DNA from: Candidatus Eiseniibacteriota bacterium | GTDB lineage: Bacteria > Orphanbacterota > Orphanbacteria > Orphanbacterales > Orphanbacteraceae | Length of the DNA stretch: 64,000 nucleotides | Direction of reading: 5' to 3' | Assembly (NCBI GenBank): GCA_016930695.1 | Contig: JAFGGD010000034.1 | Location: 135,375 to 199,374, forward strand | In this document: positions 57,887-64,000 of the stretch, piece after piece | Numbering within the stretch: position 1 is the first letter of the stretch | How the letters are laid out: every line of letters begins with the position of its first letter | The notes under the pieces: generated by a model | Told to the model about the DNA's origin: nothing | Databases searched by the model: none | What the model saw: only the letters and a program-made list of their open reading frames with translations | Made by a program: the position numbers and the translations under genes

Positions 57887-58380
57887 AATCGTTCACGATT
57901 CGCCCGATCGCTGAGGGGGACCGGGACTGGGTCCGCGATCTCTTCGCCGAGCACTGGGGATCCTCCCTGGTGATCACCAGGGGGACGGCGCACCAAGCGG
58001 ACGCGCTCCCCGGATTCATCGCCGCCGAGAAAGGAGGGGGCGTGCGCATCGGTCTTCTCACCTACCGGATCGACGGGGACGAGTGCGAGATCGTCTCCCT
58101 GAACAGTCTGCGCGAAGGGATCGGCGTGGGCGGGGCGCTCCTCGGCGCGGCGACGGAGGAGGCGAGGCGCGCCGGATGCCTCCGGGCCCTGCTGATCACC
58201 ACCAACGACAACCTCCCCGCCGTCCGTTTCTATCAAAAGCGCGGATGGCGTCTCCGCGCGGTCTACCCCGGCGCGATCCGCGAATCCCGCCGGCGGAAGC
58301 CGGCGATCCCGGAGACCGGCGTGGACGGGATCCCGATCCGGGACGAGATCGAGCTGGAACTCCCCCTCGACGGGCGCTGA
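57883..58380 (+). CDS. GNAT family N-acetyltransferase
   Basis: 'IVSLNSLREGIGVGGALLGAATEEARRAGC' (motif A) and 'AVRFYQKRGW'; 165 aa; TTG start. Confidence 0.7.
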   Translation: MKSFTIRPIAEGDRDWVRDLFAEHWGSSLVITRGTAHQADALPGFIAAEKGGGVRIGLLTYRIDGDECEIVSLNSLREGIGVGGALLGAATEEARRAGCLRALLITTNDNLPAVRFYQKRGWRLRAVYPGAIRESRRRKPAIPETGVDGIPIRDEIELELPLDGR

Positions 58381-62051
<3,671 letters not shown>

Positions 62052-62070
62052 AAGGAAAGGAACGACTCCC

Positions 62071-63366
62071 ATGGAACGGTGCGACCTGCTGATCCGGAAC
62101 GTGAGCTGCCTCGCCACCCTGGCGGGCGGGGAGCCGGGGCCGGTCTCCGCGCCGGGTTGGGAGCACCTGGGCCTCATCGAGGGGGGCGCCCTGGCGGCGC
62201 GAGACGGTTGGATCGTCGCCGTGGGCTCCGACGCGGACGTGGCGGCCCGCGTGTCGCCGTCGCCGGACGCGATCGTGCTCGACGGCGCGGACCGTCTCCT
62301 CATGCCCGGTTTCATCGATCCCCACACCCACTTTCTCTTCGCCGGGACCCGCGAGGACGAGTACGCCCTCCGCGTGGAGGGAGTGGACTATTTGGAGATT
62401 CGGCGGCGCGGCGGCGGCATACGCCGGACGGTGCGGCGCTTCCGGGATTCGTCGGACGAGGAACTGCTCCGGTGGGGCCGGGAGCGTTTGAACGCCCTCT
62501 TCTCCTTCGGGACCACCACGGTGGAGGGGAAGAGCGGTTACGGTCTGAACACGGAACAGGAGCTTCGCGCGCTTCGCTTGATGGGTGAATTGGACCGAAC
62601 CCATCCGATCGGCGTGGAGCGAACCTTCCTCGGCGCCCACGAAATCCCCGAGGAGTACGAGGGGCGGCGGGAAGCCTACGTGGATCTGGTGGCGGAGGAG
62701 ATGATCCCCTCGGTCGGCGGCGAGGCCCGCTTCTGCGACGTTTTCTGCGAGAAGGGGGTGTTTTCGGTGGAGGACTCGCGGCGCGTTCTGGAGGCGGGGA
62801 AGCGCCACGGCCTTCTTCCCAAGCTCCACGCCGAAGAGTTCGCCTCCATCGGCGGGGGCGAACTGGCCGCCGAAGTGGGTGCCGTCTCGGCGGACCATCT
62901 GCTGGCGGTGACCGACTCGGGGTGCGCCGCCATGGCCGCCGCGGGCGTCGTGGCGATCATCCTGCCGGGCACCTCGGTCGGTCTGGCGGGGCGCCACTTT
63001 ATCGACATCGAAAAATTCCGCCGGCACCGCCTTCCCGTCGCCATAGGGACCGACTGCAATCCCGGAAGCAGCTTCACCGAATCGATGCCGGCCGTGATCA
63101 GTCTCGCCTGTTCCTTGGAGGGGCTCACCGTTCCCGAGGGGATTCTGGGGGCTACACGGAACGCCGCGGCGGCGCTCCGACGGCTGGATCGGGTCGGTAC
63201 CCTGGAGGTGGGGAAGGGGGCTGATTTGATTCTTCTGCGCGCAACCCACCCGGCCGCAATACCTTACCGGTTCGGATCCAACCTGGTCGAGATGGTGATT
63301 CGGGAGGGAAAGGTCTATCGAACCCCCGGTCAAGGTTTCGTCCCCGTCGGCCGAAACTCCCTGTAG
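62071..63366 (+). CDS. hutI: imidazolonepropionase
   Basis: Amidohydrolase 'GFIDPHTHFLFAG', 'KLHAEE', 'GTDCNPGSS'. Start chosen at 'MERCDLLIRN' (AAAGGAAAGGAA RBS) over the 62038 ATG inside hutH. Confidence 0.85.
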   Translation: MERCDLLIRNVSCLATLAGGEPGPVSAPGWEHLGLIEGGALAARDGWIVAVGSDADVAARVSPSPDAIVLDGADRLLMPGFIDPHTHFLFAGTREDEYALRVEGVDYLEIRRRGGGIRRTVRRFRDSSDEELLRWGRERLNALFSFGTTTVEGKSGYGLNTEQELRALRLMGELDRTHPIGVERTFLGAHEIPEEYEGRREAYVDLVAEEMIPSVGGEARFCDVFCEKGVFSVEDSRRVLEAGKRHGLLPKLHAEEFASIGGGELAAEVGAVSADHLLAVTDSGCAAMAAAGVVAIILPGTSVGLAGRHFIDIEKFRRHRLPVAIGTDCNPGSSFTESMPAVISLACSLEGLTVPEGILGATRNAAAALRRLDRVGTLEVGKGADLILLRATHPAAIPYRFGSNLVEMVIREGKVYRTPGQGFVPVGRNSL

Positions 63367-63441
63367 ATACACGGAATAGTAGAGAACCCGTGTTCTCGGG
63401 CGGGATGGGACCGTCGCGGGGAGCTGAGTGGGGGGAAGCCC

Positions 63442-64000
63442 TTGTCATCGGTATCGGAAATTCTGAAAAGGGCGAAGGATTGCGAGCGGAAAGGCGACTG
63501 GGACGGCGCCATCGCCGAGTTCCGCAAAATGGTGAACGCGGAACCGTGCCCGCCGATCGCCTGCAATCTGATGGGCGATCTGTACCACAAGAAGGGGGAC
63601 GCCGCGGAAGCCTACGAGTGGTACCGGAAAGCGATCGATAACTACGCTCGGGAGGACCTCTACGCCAACGCCATCGGCATCTGCCGGAAGGTTCTCCGGC
63701 AGGAATCCGGGCGTGAGGAGATGCTGGAGCGTCTCGGCGGACTCTTCTTCTCTCAAGGTTTTGTCCGGGAGGCGGTGAAGCACTATCTCGATTACGCCGC
63801 GCGTATGGCCGAGCGGGGCGACTCGGAATCGGTAATCGAGACGGCGACGCGCGTGAGGGAGATCCTGGCCGACGATCCGGCGGTTCGGGAGCGTCTCGGC
63901 GACGTGCTCGCCATGGTTTCCCGCCCCGCGGAAGCGGCGGGAGAGTACAGGGCCGCGCTGGACGGGTTCCGCCGCTGCGAAAAAGAGCCCGAGTCGAGTC
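63442..64000 (+). CDS. TPR-repeat protein, 3' end outside the window
   Basis: Open frame to the window edge with TPR-like repeats ('AEAYEWYRKAIDNY', 'GFVREAVKHYLDYA'). The TTG start is tentative. Confidence 0.45.
   Translation, partial: MSSVSEILKRAKDCERKGDWDGAIAEFRKMVNAEPCPPIACNLMGDLYHKKGDAAEAYEWYRKAIDNYAREDLYANAIGICRKVLRQESGREEMLERLGGLFFSQGFVREAVKHYLDYAARMAERGDSESVIETATRVREILADDPAVRERLGDVLAMVSRPAEAAGEYRAALDGFRRCEKEPESS

Overview
High-GC (~68-70%) bacterial chromosomal window with tightly packed genes and many 1-4 nt start/stop overlaps (ATGA, GTGA, TTGA junctions); about 36 CDS are supported. The core of the window is a complete complex I operon, nuoA-B-CD-E-F-G-H-I-J-K-L-M-N (18.8-32.3 kb). 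Other housekeeping genes include dnaE, queG, def, nadA, accA, ligA, hutH, hutI, and an adjacent mtaB-like/miaB pair. The accessory content is the interesting part. First, a Bacteroidota-style type IX secretion attachment pair (a C25 peptidase with a T9SS C-terminal sorting domain next to a PorV/PorQ-family barrel) is followed by a CTD-tagged M6 metalloprotease, two paralogous small secreted proteins, an NHL propeller, a 1137-aa secreted protein and a 3-POTRA Omp85 (40-56.4 kb). Second, two tandem Cys-rich secreted proteins built from paired PPC-like domains sit behind a strong promoter/terminator (32.8-35.0 kb). Third, there is a GNAT acetyltransferase fused to an HDAC-family deacetylase (8.0-9.7 kb). 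Fourth, a PolX polymerase is divergent from a stand-alone PHP phosphoesterase. Fifth, two unusually long noncoding gaps (17.75-18.82 kb and 32.34-32.79 kb) carry near-consensus sigma70 promoters, an intrinsic terminator, C(UUCG)G hairpins and a possible small zinc-ribbon ORF. No rRNA, tRNA, CRISPR or mobile element was recognised. Coordinates derived by hand may be off by 1 nt, so ORF-track coordinates were used wherever possible.
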